The translations under genes were made by a program, and so were the position numbers. The notes under the pieces are model-generated. The model saw nothing but the letters and a program-made list of their open reading frames with translations, searched no databases and had not been told where the DNA came from. Below, one piece after another: positions 39,111 through 50,346 of a DNA stretch of 64,000 nucleotides (its first letter is position 1; each line of letters begins with the position of its first letter). The stretch comes from Chloroflexota bacterium (lineage in GTDB: Bacteria > Chloroflexota > UBA11872 > VXNJ01): contig OZ253449.1 in NCBI GenBank assembly GCA_965261345.1, positions 1,024,001 to 1,088,000 on the forward strand. Direction: 5' to 3'.

Positions 39111-39545
39111 GTGCCTTGGTGGGGATGGATCGCCCTCGGGGGCGGGTTGATATTGACCGAATTGCTAGTCGGCGGGCAGCTGTATCTCTTGTTTGCGGCG
39201 ATTGCCGCCCTGGCCGTCGGAGTCGTGGTGGCAATATTCGGGGGCACTCCGCTCTGGCTGCAGTGGACGATCTTTGGTATTACCGCCCCGGTCCTGGTTT
39301 TGGGGTTGCGCAGGCAGGCCTACGCCAAATTCAACCGCTTCGGCGGTTACCAAAACATAGCCGGCGAATACGCGATCGTGGATGCGGAAATCGCCCCTGG
39401 CGAGCATGGCCTGGCCGAATTGCACGGGGCCCAATGGGCAGCCCGGAACATTGGCGCAACCCCACTTGCGGCCGGCCAACGGGTTAGGGTTGCCGGCGTG
39501 GATCAATTAACCCTTAACCTTGTTGAGGAAGCAGGCGACGATTGA
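39111..39545 (+). CDS. NfeD family membrane protein
   Basis: TM helices then a short OB fold (G..ELHGAQWAA); sits upstream of an SPFH gene. Confidence 0.85.
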   Translation: MPWWGWIALGGGLILTELLVGGQLYLLFAAIAALAVGVVVAIFGGTPLWLQWTIFGITAPVLVLGLRRQAYAKFNRFGGYQNIAGEYAIVDAEIAPGEHGLAELHGAQWAARNIGATPLAAGQRVRVAGVDQLTLNLVEEAGDD

Positions 39546-40501
39546 CGCCAGGAGTGGGTAACGTGGATATTTCGGTTCTAGTCCTTTTGGTATTTCTGGC
39601 GATCGTGGGAATCGTGGTGCTGGCCAAAACCGCGATCATCGTGCCGCAGCAGTCGGCCTACGTAATGGAAATGCTCGGACGCTACCAAGCCACCTACCAA
39701 GCCGGGTTCCATATCGTCGTTCCGTTCATTCAACGGGTGGCCTACAAACTATCGCTAAAAGAAGAAGCAATTGACATCCCCGAGCAGGTCTGCATTACCC
39801 GCGACAACGTCCAGGTTGGGGTTGACGGGGTCATCTACATGCAGGTCCTCGATGCGCGGGCTGCTTCCTACGGGATCGCCAACTTCCGCTTTGCCATCAC
39901 CCAGTTGGCCCAGACCACACTCCGTAGCGAGGTCGGCAAGCTCGACCTGGACCGAACGTTTGAGGAACGCTCATCGATCAACCTGTCGGTCGTAGCCGAA
40001 CTTGACAAAGCCTCCGCGGCCTGGGGGGTCAAGGTGCTCCGCTACGAAATTCGCAATATCACCCCACCCTCTGACGTGCTTTCGGCAATGGAAAAACAAA
40101 TGCGCGCCGAACGCGAAAAACGGGCGGTGGTCCTTACCTCGGAGGGCGAACGCGACGCCGTAATCAACGCCGCCGAAGGCGCCAAGCAGCGGGTTGTACT
40201 GGAGTCGGAAGCTGCCCGGCAACAGCAGATCAACGAAGCCGAGGGGGAGGCCGAGGCGATATTGGCCATCGCCAACGCGACCGCCGACGGACTGCGGGCC
40301 ATTGCCACGGCGGTGTCCAACGACGGTGGCCAGGACGCCCTGCGGCTTAGGATCGCCGAACAGTACGTATCCGAATTTGGGAAGCTGGCGCAAGCGGGCA
40401 ACACCTTTGTTGTGCCCGCCAATATGACCGATCTGGCCTCTATGATCGCCCTGGCCACGTCAATGGTCCGCGGCAGCGGCGATACCGATTCCGCAGCGTA
40501 A
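39542..40501 (+). CDS. SPFH/stomatin-like (paraslipin, QmcA-like) protein
   Basis: ITRDNV, QLAQTTLRS..G, WGVKVLRYEI and MEKQMRAEREKRA motifs. Confidence 0.92.
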   Translation: MTPGVGNVDISVLVLLVFLAIVGIVVLAKTAIIVPQQSAYVMEMLGRYQATYQAGFHIVVPFIQRVAYKLSLKEEAIDIPEQVCITRDNVQVGVDGVIYMQVLDARAASYGIANFRFAITQLAQTTLRSEVGKLDLDRTFEERSSINLSVVAELDKASAAWGVKVLRYEIRNITPPSDVLSAMEKQMRAEREKRAVVLTSEGERDAVINAAEGAKQRVVLESEAARQQQINEAEGEAEAILAIANATADGLRAIATAVSNDGGQDALRLRIAEQYVSEFGKLAQAGNTFVVPANMTDLASMIALATSMVRGSGDTDSAA

Positions 40502-40822
40502 AGGCCGATGCTGATCGCAAGTCCGGCTCCGGGAAAAGGTCGGGCCGGCCGGTAGTTGACACAACCCGTTGAGCAGGCAACCGGCAATCTGCAAGGCCGC
40601 GGGAATCTCGGCCGCTACCGGTTGCGTGTACGCCGGCGACCTTCGCCCCGAGCTCAAATGGACTCCGCGCATCTAGTGCCAAGCCGCCGCCGATCCGCCT
40701 TCGCGCCTTGCTGCAACCTTCAGCCGCTAGCGCGCGTACCATACGACGACGCGATCGGGCGATTCAGCCTCAGAGTAAAGTTAACCGGCAGGCTGTAGAA
40801 CTTATAAAGAAGGTCCGCTCAA

Positions 40823-41887
40823 ATGAGCCTATTTAAACGAATCATTACCGGGCTCCTGATGGTCCTAGTGCTTGCCGCGATCGCCGCCTGCGACGAGCAG
40901 GAAGATGCGCGCGAAAGCACTCTTGATGACATCCTCGAGAGGGGCAATCTGGTCTGCGGAATCAAGGCCGACACGCCCGGATTCGGCGTGCTCAATCCGG
41001 ACGGAACGGCCGAAGGCAACGACGTCGACTACTGTCGAGCTCTGGCCGCAGCCATTTTTGGCGACCAATCCAAAGTCGAGTTCCAGGAAGCTACCTCGGG
41101 TAACCGTTTCGAATTGCTGGCCGCCAAGGAAATTGACGTCTTAATCCGCACCACCACCTGGACCGCCAGCCGGGACGCGGACCTCAAAGTCGCTTTTGCC
41201 CCGACCACGTTCTACGACGGCGCCGGAATCATGGTTAAAGCCGATGCGGGCCTATCCAGCGTTAACCAGCTTGGCGGCGCGACAATCTGCATCCTGGACG
41301 GAACCAGCACTCAGGGTGCGGTTTCCGACTACTTCGCCGAGCAGGAGCTCACCTACGAAGAGCTCACGTTCCAGGCGAATCCGGAGTTGCGGGCCTCATT
41401 CATCAGCGATCAATGCGATGCCTGGTCGTCTGACAAATCCCAGCTCGGTGGACACCAGTTCACCCTCACCGCAGACGGTGTCAACGCGGTAGTTCTACCG
41501 GAAACCCTCTCCAAGGAACCTCTCGGACCGAGCGTCCGTGACTACGACTCGGAATGGGAAGACGTGGTTCGCTGGGTGGTCAACGGGATGATCATCGCCG
41601 AGGAGCAGGGCGTAACATCGGCCAACGTCGGCCAGATGGCTGCCAACCCGCCGAATAACACCGTCGCCCGCCTGCTGGGAGTCGGTTTCTCAGGTGGCGC
41701 CCCCAGCAACCTTGGCATAGGCCACGGCAAGATCCCCGGCACGTTCATGCAGAGCGTAATCGCCCAGGTTGGAAATTACGGGGAAACCTATGATCGGACC
41801 CTAGAGCGGGTCGGCCTCACCCGCGCCGGATCCCCGAACGCCTCGTACCAGGACGGCGGGCTACTCTACGCACCGCCAATGCGGTAG
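40823..41887 (+). CDS. General L-amino acid ABC substrate-binding lipoprotein (AapJ/BztA-like)
   Basis: Lipobox IAAC; DVDYCRALAAAIFGD, SKEPLGP, VGNYGE and GGLLYAPP motifs. Confidence 0.9.
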   Translation: MSLFKRIITGLLMVLVLAAIAACDEQEDARESTLDDILERGNLVCGIKADTPGFGVLNPDGTAEGNDVDYCRALAAAIFGDQSKVEFQEATSGNRFELLAAKEIDVLIRTTTWTASRDADLKVAFAPTTFYDGAGIMVKADAGLSSVNQLGGATICILDGTSTQGAVSDYFAEQELTYEELTFQANPELRASFISDQCDAWSSDKSQLGGHQFTLTADGVNAVVLPETLSKEPLGPSVRDYDSEWEDVVRWVVNGMIIAEEQGVTSANVGQMAANPPNNTVARLLGVGFSGGAPSNLGIGHGKIPGTFMQSVIAQVGNYGETYDRTLERVGLTRAGSPNASYQDGGLLYAPPMR

Positions 41888-41908
41888 AACTGGCAATTCA
41901 ATAACCGA

Positions 41909-41946
41909 ACCAACGAGCGGGGTTAACCCCGCTCGTTGGTCTTTTC
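41909..41946 (+). terminator. Hairpin after the substrate-binding gene (terminator or mRNA stabiliser)
   Basis: Perfect palindrome ACCAACGAGCGGGGTTAACCCCGCTCGTTGGT followed by CTTTTC. Confidence 0.65.
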
Positions 41947-41953
41947 GGCACCG

Positions 41954-43135
41954 ATGACCGCGATGAAGCTCAAGGAAAGCCTGAGCAACATCTGGTTCCG
42001 AGAACGTTCGCGCTCGCGGTTGATAAACGTGGTGGTGGGAACTACCGCCGGAATAGTCGCCATTTACGTTGCGGTTTCGATCGCGACTAATTTCTTTGAT
42101 TTTGATTTTCTGTTCGGTCCCTACGGCAGCCCTGATCGCAGTTCGATCATCGCGCAACTGGACGTGGAGGCCAGCGATCCCAGATGGCTGGGAATGCTCA
42201 AGGGCGCGGGCAACACCCTTTCGGTGGTGATCTTTGCAATTGCTCTCGCCTCGCTGCTGGGGTTGGCAGTGGGAGTGGCCAGGCTCTCAAGTAACCCGAT
42301 CGTTAGCCGGCTGGGCAAGGTTTACGTCGAGCTTTTTCGAAACCTTCCGCTGCTCCTGATCATGTTTTTCTTTGCCTTTGCAGTATTCCGCCAGCTCCCG
42401 CTAATTGAGGGCGGATCAGGACTGGGAAGAGCGTTCTATATCAGCAATCGCGGACTGGCCATCCTCTGGCCCGAGGCGGCCAATTCGTTCTGGTGGATTT
42501 GGCTGGGCGCCGTCGTGGCGGCCGGCGCGGCCGGCTGGCTGCTGCGGAAACAGCGCCTCCGAATCGAGGACGAAACCGGACGGGTGACCCGTCCCAACAC
42601 CTGGGGATTGGTGCTATTTGTGATCATCGCGGCGCTCGCCTATCTGGCTTTGGGATTGCCGATTCGCCCGAGTTTCCCCGAGGTTGTCCAATCCGAATCG
42701 GGGTTCTTTACCTACACCGGTGGCAACTTGCTCGGCCTTGGCTACATAAGTGCGCTGGTGTCGCTGTCACTGTACTTTAGCGGCTTCATCGCCGAAATTG
42801 TCCGTGGTTCGATACAGGCGGTTCCGCACGGGCAGACCGAGGCCTCGGCCTCATTGGGTCTAACCGCCTACCAGCGTTTCACCCTGGTCGTCCTTCCGCA
42901 GGCGCTGCGAATCATGCTCCCTTCGCTTAACAACGAGTTCCAGAATGCCAACAAGGATTCGACCCTGGCCCACGCGATCGCCTATGGCGAGATCGTCCTG
43001 ATATCCAATCGGATCATTAACAACTCCGGCAATCTGCTGCAGACCTACGCGTTCATTTTCCTGGTGTTTGTCATCACCAACCTGATTATTTCCTTCGTGA
43101 TGAACACGATTAATCGCAACGTGCAGATCAAATGA
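41954..43135 (+). CDS. Amino acid ABC permease (AapQ-like)
   Basis: YVELFRNLPLLL and AEIVRGSIQAV..GQTEA motifs. Confidence 0.9.
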   Translation: MTAMKLKESLSNIWFRERSRSRLINVVVGTTAGIVAIYVAVSIATNFFDFDFLFGPYGSPDRSSIIAQLDVEASDPRWLGMLKGAGNTLSVVIFAIALASLLGLAVGVARLSSNPIVSRLGKVYVELFRNLPLLLIMFFFAFAVFRQLPLIEGGSGLGRAFYISNRGLAILWPEAANSFWWIWLGAVVAAGAAGWLLRKQRLRIEDETGRVTRPNTWGLVLFVIIAALAYLALGLPIRPSFPEVVQSESGFFTYTGGNLLGLGYISALVSLSLYFSGFIAEIVRGSIQAVPHGQTEASASLGLTAYQRFTLVVLPQALRIMLPSLNNEFQNANKDSTLAHAIAYGEIVLISNRIINNSGNLLQTYAFIFLVFVITNLIISFVMNTINRNVQIK

Positions 43136-44475
43136 CGGCCCTGGCCAATCACCGGCATTCGCTCGGTCGCAGCTTGGTCTGGGCGCGCGAAAACCTTTTT
43201 GATTCGCGTGGCAATGCCGCCCTGAGCATTGTTTCGGTGCTGGTCGGGGCGCTGCTGGCTTTCCTCGTGCTCAAATTCGTGCTCTTTGAGGCCAATTGGG
43301 GCCTGGTCGCAATCAACCGCAAGCTGTTCTTCATCGGCAGCTACCCCGCCGACGAGGAATACCGAATCTGGATTGCGGTTTTCTTGGCCGCCGCACTGGC
43401 GGCGGTTACCTACGGCATTTGGGTCGGGCGGATGAAACCGCTGGTGGTAACCGTTGCCGTCCTGGCCGCGGTCATCCTAACCCTCGGCCTGGGTACCCAG
43501 TTTCAAATTGTGGAAAGCCAGTACAGCGAGGAGTTTGTCTCCGCCGGGCAGACAACCGTGGTCACCGGAGTGGAACGGCAACTGGTGCAGGAGGACGGTT
43601 GGGCTCCACGCTGGCTGTACTCGATATCACTCGGCCTGGCGGTGCCATTCGGCCCGACCTGGATCCTCGTGGCGATCCTATTTGCGGCACTAATTGCCGC
43701 CGCCCAGGCGGGGCACTATCTGGCGCGCTGGAAGCAGAATCCCATTCTGCGCCAATCCATCGGGGCCGGATGGGTCCTGCTGGTGCCGATCACGCTGGTG
43801 CTCCAGATCGGGGTGTCGATCGGGCATTGGGAAAGCGTATTTCTCGACATCCTGGTGTTTGCGGTCGGCGGGGTCTTCTCGTTTCTGATCGGCCTAATCC
43901 TAGCGTTGGCGCGATCCTCCCGTTACACGGCGATCCGACTTTCGGCGGTCGGCTACATCGAGACGGTGCGGGCCGCTCCGTTGCTGGTCTGGTTGCTTTT
44001 TGCAACCTTCCTACAGGATGAACTCGGTCCGATCGGCCAGGCGTTCAGCGGCATCGATCTGGTCTTTCGGGTAATGGTGGTATTCGCCTTTTTCGGCGGT
44101 GCCTACATCGCCGAGGTCATCCGTGGCGGTCTGCAATCCATAACGAAAGGCCAATTCGAGGCCTCCGAAGCAATCGGCCTCAGCCCGCTGCAGATGTACG
44201 TGTTCATCATCCTGCCGCAGGCGATAAAGGCGGTAATTCCCGCAATCATTGGCCGGTTCATCGCGCTGTGGAAAGACACCGCCCTGCTGGCGGCGATATC
44301 GTTGGTGAACACCCTTGAAAAGGCCAAAAAAGTCCTCGGTGGGCAAGCCGACATCGCCGAAGGGGCATTTTTCGAGGTTTACATCATCGTCGGCCTAATT
44401 TACTGGACCGTGTCCTACGTACTCTCCCGGCTCGGCGCCGCCGCCGAAGACCGATTGGGTCAAAGCCCGAGGTAA
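43132..44475 (+). CDS. Amino acid ABC permease (AapM-like)
   Basis: [23 protein letters not shown] and FIALWKDT motifs. Confidence 0.9.
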   Translation: MTALANHRHSLGRSLVWARENLFDSRGNAALSIVSVLVGALLAFLVLKFVLFEANWGLVAINRKLFFIGSYPADEEYRIWIAVFLAAALAAVTYGIWVGRMKPLVVTVAVLAAVILTLGLGTQFQIVESQYSEEFVSAGQTTVVTGVERQLVQEDGWAPRWLYSISLGLAVPFGPTWILVAILFAALIAAAQAGHYLARWKQNPILRQSIGAGWVLLVPITLVLQIGVSIGHWESVFLDILVFAVGGVFSFLIGLILALARSSRYTAIRLSAVGYIETVRAAPLLVWLLFATFLQDELGPIGQAFSGIDLVFRVMVVFAFFGGAYIAEVIRGGLQSITKGQFEASEAIGLSPLQMYVFIILPQAIKAVIPAIIGRFIALWKDTALLAAISLVNTLEKAKKVLGGQADIAEGAFFEVYIIVGLIYWTVSYVLSRLGAAAEDRLGQSPR

Positions 44476-44498
44476 TTGCCACCAGAAATGGACCACAT

Positions 44499-45251
44499 AT
44501 GACAGTTCAAAGCGACTATGAGATCGTCCAACTCCGGGGGGTGGTCAAGCGTTTCGGCGATTTTGTCGCTCTTAAGAACATCGATATCTCGATCAAAGAG
44601 GGCGAGGTCGTAATCATCATCGGGCCATCCGGCTCAGGCAAGTCCACGCTTTTGCGGACAATCAACCAGCTAGAGAAGCACGATGCCGGGACCGTCACCG
44701 TAGACGGAATTGAATTGACCGACGATGCCCGGAGCCTTGCCAAGATCCGGACTGAGACCGGCATGGTCTTTCAGCAATTTAATCTGTTCCCGCATCTGAC
44801 GGTTCTGCGCAACATCACCCTGGCGCCCCAGAAAGTGCGGCACATGCCGCAAAAGGAAGCCGATCAGCTGGGTCTTCGACTGCTCAACCGGGTAGGGATT
44901 CCCGAGCAGGCGGACAAGTTTCCGGGGCAGCTTTCGGGCGGACAGCAACAGCGGGTGGCAATTGCGCGCGCGCTGGCCATGAACCCCAAGGTAATGATGT
45001 TTGACGAACCGACTTCAGCCCTCGACCCGGAAATGATCAATGAGGTCCTCAAGGTGATGGGCGAGCTGGCCGAAACCGGGATGACCATGATCTGCGTGAC
45101 CCATGAGATGGGTTTTGCACGAAATGCCGCCGATCGGGTGATCTTTATGGACGAGGGTGAAATCGTCGAAAAGGCAACTGCCGAGGATTTCTTCAACAGC
45201 CCGCGCGAAGAGCGCACCAAGCGATTCCTAGATCAGATCCTCACGCACTGA
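44499..45251 (+). CDS. Amino acid ABC ATP-binding protein (AapP/GlnQ-like)
   Basis: [22 protein letters not shown] and [11 protein letters not shown] motifs. Confidence 0.93.
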   Translation: MTVQSDYEIVQLRGVVKRFGDFVALKNIDISIKEGEVVIIIGPSGSGKSTLLRTINQLEKHDAGTVTVDGIELTDDARSLAKIRTETGMVFQQFNLFPHLTVLRNITLAPQKVRHMPQKEADQLGLRLLNRVGIPEQADKFPGQLSGGQQQRVAIARALAMNPKVMMFDEPTSALDPEMINEVLKVMGELAETGMTMICVTHEMGFARNAADRVIFMDEGEIVEKATAEDFFNSPREERTKRFLDQILTH

Positions 45252-45618
45252 CCATGCGAAATTAAGTTGCGCCGCACAAGCTAGCCGTTGGGGCCGGCTG
45301 GCTTCAGCTTTTATGGTAGGTCGGGAGGTGTATTGAGTTCTCAACGCAGCCGGGCACTTCGGCTGCGACGATGCAATGTGGGCCACTGCGGGCATTCTCA
45401 AGCACGGCCTCCAATTGCCGATCGCGTCGATCCTAATGCAATCACCGCCGATGACCGGACTTTCCGCATTGCCCGCGGTGCAACACGCTCGGGTCCACCG
45501 GACCGGACAATTTCAAGAACCTCGTACTAAGGCTTCCGCTGACAATCTTATGGGAGACTGCCCGAACGGCTCGGTTGCCCACCTGTGAGCGAGGTGCCGA
45601 GAGGGAATCACCGTACTC

Positions 45619-47820
45619 GTGACACTTTACGCGCATTCGACGAATAGCAGAGGGAAGCGCCAACCGCTGGCCGACCACCTGCGCAACGTTGCCGAACTCG
45701 CACGTGAGCGGGCTCAGCCCTTCGGCGGAGGCGACCTTGCCTTTCTCGCTGGCATTTGGCACGACGCGGGCAAGGCGGACCCCGAATGGCAGCGTTACCT
45801 TCGCGAGAGCGAGGCTGGCACGCGCGGACGCGGCACCGGTCCGGATCACAAGTGCGCGGGCGTGCTGCAGGCAGAGGAGAGCGACCATCCCTGGTATGTA
45901 GGGCACCTGATCCATGCGCACCACGGCGGTCTCGCCGACCCTCAGACTGACTTTCGTGCCTGGTTGAGTGAGAAGCGGAACCTCCCCGGCCCAAGACGCG
46001 CTCTTGAAGCCCTCCTCGCTGAACTGCCCAACTTCTTTGATCAGCTAACCCTGGCGATCCCGCTACACATTAAGAAAAATAATCTTGCCGCGGAGTTCTT
46101 CTTGCGCATGACCTACTCTGCGCTCGTCGACGCGGACAGCCTCGACACTGAGGCGCACAATTTGAGCGGCGTGCTTTCCGGCCGTGGAGGCACCACCACG
46201 CTCCCGGAACTCTGGCGTCGCTACGAGGCCTTTCTGGCGAGCGAGCCTTCCGCGCCGGGCGGTGACGTCAACCGCGTCCGGCGCGAGGTGCACGAGGCGT
46301 GTCTGTCGGCGGCGTCCAACCCATCCGGCATCTTCCGGTTGACGGTCCCTACCGGCGGCGGCAAGACGCGCTCCGCGATGGCATTCGCCCTCCGCCACGG
46401 GATCGAGCACGATATGCGGCGCGTTGTCGTGGCCGTTCCCTTCACGACCATCACCCAGCAGACCGCCGAGGTGTACCGGCGCATCTTCGAACAAGATCAC
46501 GAGGAAGCCAGCCGAGTGGTGCTCGAGCACCACTCGGCTGGAGTGGAGGGCGCCAGGGCAAGTGCGAGTGATGATGAAGGCCCCGCCCCTGATGTCGTCT
46601 GGCAGCGCCTCGCCGCCGAGAACTGGGATGCGCCCCTCGTCGTTACCACGACCGTGCAGTTGTTCGAGAGCCTCTTCTCCAATCGGCGCGGCAAAACCCA
46701 GAAGATCCACAACCTCGCCGGTAGCGTGATCATCCTCGACGAGGCGCAGGCGCTGCCGGCTGGCTTGCTCGCCCCCATTCTCGATGGCTTGCGCCAGCTC
46801 ACCGAGCACTACGGCGCCAGCGTAGTGCTTTCGACGGCGACGCAGCCTGCATTCGACCTCGTTGACGGGTTCAGAGACATCACGGCCAGCGAGATCGTGC
46901 CCGACCACGCCCGGCACTTTGAGATGCTCAAGCGCGTCGAGTATGACTTTTCGAGAATCGACGAGCCGAACGAGTGGTCGGACGTCGCTGAGCAGATGCG
47001 CAAGGGGCGAAGCGTGCTTGCGATCGTGAACACAAAGCGCCACGCGATGGAACTGCTTGACGCGCTCGGCGATCCAGATGCCTTGCACCTCTCGACCCTC
47101 CTCTGTAGGGCGCACCGCGACGAGGTGCTCGATGAGATCCGGCAGCGGCTCTCCGTGGGCGAGCCGTGTCGTGTCGTAAGCACACAGGTGGTGGAGGCGG
47201 GTGTCGATCTCGACTTCGCGATTGTGTTTCGCGCCGAGGCTCCGCTCGACTCCATCATCCAGGCGGCCGGACGCTGCAACCGCGAGGGGCTGCTCAAGAT
47301 CCCGGGACGTGTGGTAGTGTTCAGGCCGCCGAATGAGACGTCGCCGCCAGGCGTCTACCGGTCCGGACGAGACATCGCGCGAGTCGTCCGTGAACTTCCG
47401 GGTTTCGATCCACACGACCCCGAGGCCATGCGGCGGTACTTCGAGTTGCTGTTCGGAACGGCTGTGGACACCGACGCGAAAAAGGTGCAACAGGCCCGCA
47501 AGAACCTCGACTTCCCAGCCGTGGCTGACAGATTCCGCATGATCGACGATGACGCCTGCGACGTCATCGTCGACTACCCTGAGAGCGATGCGACGAACAT
47601 CGATCGCCTTGTCGAGCAATTGCGTGCCCGCGAACGTCCCGCCCGCGCGATTCTGCGCGACCTTCAACCCCACATGGTCTCAATCTACCAGAGCGAATAC
47701 GAACGGCGGCTTAGGGATGGGTTCATTGAAGAACTGTTGCCCGGCGTTGGGCGCTGGCCGCGGGGGTATTATCACTCCGTGCGGGGCATCACCGACGCGG
47801 ACCCCGACACGATCTTCTGA
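45619..47820 (+). CDS. cas3: Type I-C Cas3 HD-nuclease/helicase
   Basis: YAHS, WHDAGK, HHGGL, VPTGGGKT, DEAQ, STAT and QAAGRCNR motifs. Confidence 0.95.
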   Translation: MTLYAHSTNSRGKRQPLADHLRNVAELARERAQPFGGGDLAFLAGIWHDAGKADPEWQRYLRESEAGTRGRGTGPDHKCAGVLQAEESDHPWYVGHLIHAHHGGLADPQTDFRAWLSEKRNLPGPRRALEALLAELPNFFDQLTLAIPLHIKKNNLAAEFFLRMTYSALVDADSLDTEAHNLSGVLSGRGGTTTLPELWRRYEAFLASEPSAPGGDVNRVRREVHEACLSAASNPSGIFRLTVPTGGGKTRSAMAFALRHGIEHDMRRVVVAVPFTTITQQTAEVYRRIFEQDHEEASRVVLEHHSAGVEGARASASDDEGPAPDVVWQRLAAENWDAPLVVTTTVQLFESLFSNRRGKTQKIHNLAGSVIILDEAQALPAGLLAPILDGLRQLTEHYGASVVLSTATQPAFDLVDGFRDITASEIVPDHARHFEMLKRVEYDFSRIDEPNEWSDVAEQMRKGRSVLAIVNTKRHAMELLDALGDPDALHLSTLLCRAHRDEVLDEIRQRLSVGEPCRVVSTQVVEAGVDLDFAIVFRAEAPLDSIIQAAGRCNREGLLKIPGRVVVFRPPNETSPPGVYRSGRDIARVVRELPGFDPHDPEAMRRYFELLFGTAVDTDAKKVQQARKNLDFPAVADRFRMIDDDACDVIVDYPESDATNIDRLVEQLRARERPARAILRDLQPHMVSIYQSEYERRLRDGFIEELLPGVGRWPRGYYHSVRGITDADPDTIF

Positions 47821-47923
47821 GGCCACCGCGTCTGACGTTGATTTGGACGCGCCCCCTCTCGCCTATTTAGAGGCTTGTCAGGCGGTGGATACCGCGGGCG
47901 GATGCCCAGTCGAGGAGTGAGTC

Positions 47924-48583
47924 ATGGTTTGGTCACGTAGTCTGCCACCGTTGGAGACTAAGCTGTGGGGTGACTTCGCGTGCTTCACTCGCCCCGAGAT
48001 GAAGGTTGAGCGCGTGACCTATCCGGTCATGACGCCATCCGCCGCGCGGGGCGCGCTTGAGGCGATCTTCTGGAAGCCGCAGGTCGCCTGGCACGTTGAG
48101 GAGATTCACGTTCTCAAGCCGATCGCCTACACGTCGATCCTGCGGAACGAGATCAACGACCGGCAGAGCGACCGCTCCGCGCGGCGCTGGGCGCAAGCTG
48201 GCGGCGGCTACGATGCATCCGCTAATCGCGCCCAGCGGCACACGCTCGCGCTGCGCGATGTGACGTACGTCGTGCGTGCGCAACTCGTGCTCCAGGATGG
48301 CGTAGACGACCACATCGCCAAGTACCGCGACCAGTTCCGCCGCCGAGTTGCCTCGGGCCGCTGCTTCGCTACGCCCTATCTCGGCTGCCGAGAGTTCAGC
48401 GCATCGTTTGGCGAGCCGGAGCCCGGCGATGCGCCGATCGAACGCAGCGAGGATATCGGTCTCATGCTGCTCGACATCGACTACGACCCCGATGGCGGCG
48501 GTCGGGGTACGCCGCGGTTCTTCCGCGCATCGCTCGATCACGGTGTGCTGCGCGTCCCGGATCGCTTCGCGGAGGTTTCGTGA
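47924..48583 (+). CDS. cas5: Type I-C Cas5 (Cas5c/Cas5d)
   Basis: ACFTRPEMKVERVTY.V.TPSAARG.LEAIFWKP and PYLGCREF motifs. Confidence 0.95.
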   Translation: MVWSRSLPPLETKLWGDFACFTRPEMKVERVTYPVMTPSAARGALEAIFWKPQVAWHVEEIHVLKPIAYTSILRNEINDRQSDRSARRWAQAGGGYDASANRAQRHTLALRDVTYVVRAQLVLQDGVDDHIAKYRDQFRRRVASGRCFATPYLGCREFSASFGEPEPGDAPIERSEDIGLMLLDIDYDPDGGGRGTPRFFRASLDHGVLRVPDRFAEVS

Positions 48584-50346
48584 TGCTTCTGAGCAAGTTG
48601 AGGGAGTACGCGGACGAGCGACTTGAGGATCAACTCCCCCCGCTCTACGCGAACACGCCCGTCGCCTGGATCGTTATGCTCGACTCCGATGGCCACGCGA
48701 TCTCGCCGCAGCCTATCTCGCGTACCGACCCGAGCACCACGCGCGGGAGGCGCGGCCTCGATATGACTGCGCCCGAAGTGCAGCGTGCGGCTGGCATCAA
48801 GCCGCTGCTGCTTGCCGACAACGGCGAGTACACGTTCGGGCGGGCACGCGATCCCGCGAAGCAGGCACGCGTCGATCAGGCACACGCCGAATACCGCGAA
48901 CTCCTCGATCGCTGCGCGATCGAGACGGAGGAGCCGGCGGTGCTTGCCGTGAAGCGATTCTACGAACGCGGCGGCGCCGACCAGCTGACCCTCGGCGAGG
49001 ACTGGGACTACGGACTCAAGGTCACCTTCGAGGTGACACTGGAGGACGGCGCGCTTCAGCGTCCGATCGACTTGCCCGCAGTGCAGGGGTTTTGGCTCGC
49101 GTCGAACACACCCGACGCCGGCGCCGACAATCAATGTCTCGTGTGCGGCGAGTCGAAGCCAGTGCTCGATCGCCTCCAGGCGAAGATCAAGGGGATCCGC
49201 GGCGGCCAGTCCTCGGGCACGTCGATCATCTCCGCCAACTCCTCGGCGTTCGAGTCGTACGGGCTGAAGGCATCAAGGGTCGCGCCCACGTGCCGGGAGT
49301 GCGGGGAGTCGTTCACGCGCGCACTGAACAGCCTGCTCGCCGATGAGCGCACCAGCTTCGGCGCCGCGGACGCGACGTTCGCCTTCTGGACGCGCGAGCA
49401 TGTTGGATTCGACTTTGCAGCCCACATGCGGCAACCCGACTCCGCGCAAGTACAGGCGCTCATCGAGTCTCCGCGAAGGGGGCGTCAGACGACGCTCGGA
49501 GACGAGACGGCGTTCTACGCCGCCTCGCTCTCGGCGAGCGGCGGGCGGGCTGTGGTCCGGGACTGGATCGATACGACCGTGGAGAGCATGGAGGACAGCG
49601 TTGCGCGGTGGTTCAGACTACAGCGGATCGCCGACCCACGGGACGAGGACCCGGAGGACATGCACCCACGTCCGCTGAGTCTCTTTCAGCTTGCGGCATC
49701 GACGGTGCGGGACGCGCGCCGCGACCTTCCCGTCACGGCGCCGCGCTCGCTGTTCCGGGCCGCTCTGTCGGCTACACCGATACCGCTGGAAGTCGCCTTC
49801 CAGGCCGTTCGGCGCTGTCGCGCGGAGCAGGGCGTCACCCGCCCCCGCGCCGCGCTCATCAAGCTTGTCCTGCTGAGCCGGGAGACAACCCCGCCAAAGG
49901 AGAACTACATGGTTGCCCTTGAGACCGAACACCCGTCGCCCGCCTACCACTGCGGCCGCCTGCTCGCGGTCATCGAGGATGTGCAGCGGGCGGCGCTTCC
50001 GCGTGTGAACGCTACCATCGTCAACCGCTACTACGGCGCGGCGTCGTCCACGCCCGCGGTTGTGTTCGGCGCGCTGCTGCGGGGCGCGCAGCCCCATCTC
50101 GCGAGGCTGAAGCGCGACCGTCCGGGCACCTACGTCAATCTTCAGCGCCGCCTCGAAGAGGTCATGGCGCAGATCGGCGACTGGCCAACGACACTTCCGC
50201 TTAGGGAACAAGCCCTGTTCTCGCTCGGTTACTACCACCAGCGGGCGCATGGCAGAGCAGAGATGGCGAGCCGCCGGGCGGCGCGTAATGCCGATCCAGG
50301 CGCCGAAGGCCCGAAGACCGATACCGAACAGGAGCACCAATCATGA
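48580..50346 (+). CDS. cas8c: Type I-C Cas8c (Csd1)
   Basis: CLVCG, S.N..AFESYG, AY.CGRL.A and F.LGYYHQ motifs. Confidence 0.93.
   Translation: MMLLSKLREYADERLEDQLPPLYANTPVAWIVMLDSDGHAISPQPISRTDPSTTRGRRGLDMTAPEVQRAAGIKPLLLADNGEYTFGRARDPAKQARVDQAHAEYRELLDRCAIETEEPAVLAVKRFYERGGADQLTLGEDWDYGLKVTFEVTLEDGALQRPIDLPAVQGFWLASNTPDAGADNQCLVCGESKPVLDRLQAKIKGIRGGQSSGTSIISANSSAFESYGLKASRVAPTCRECGESFTRALNSLLADERTSFGAADATFAFWTREHVGFDFAAHMRQPDSAQVQALIESPRRGRQTTLGDETAFYAASLSASGGRAVVRDWIDTTVESMEDSVARWFRLQRIADPRDEDPEDMHPRPLSLFQLAASTVRDARRDLPVTAPRSLFRAALSATPIPLEVAFQAVRRCRAEQGVTRPRAALIKLVLLSRETTPPKENYMVALETEHPSPAYHCGRLLAVIEDVQRAALPRVNATIVNRYYGAASSTPAVVFGALLRGAQPHLARLKRDRPGTYVNLQRRLEEVMAQIGDWPTTLPLREQALFSLGYYHQRAHGRAEMASRRAARNADPGAEGPKTDTEQEHQS

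Noticed and set aside
45252-45618. Possible attL copy of the tRNA-Arg 3' end
   Set aside because: No duplicate of the tRNA 3' sequence was found by eye.
46063-47673. Long antisense ORFs (also 31382-32926, 4988-5998, 52296-52907)
   Set aside because: These are shadows of well-supported genes in GC-rich DNA, with no recognisable motifs.
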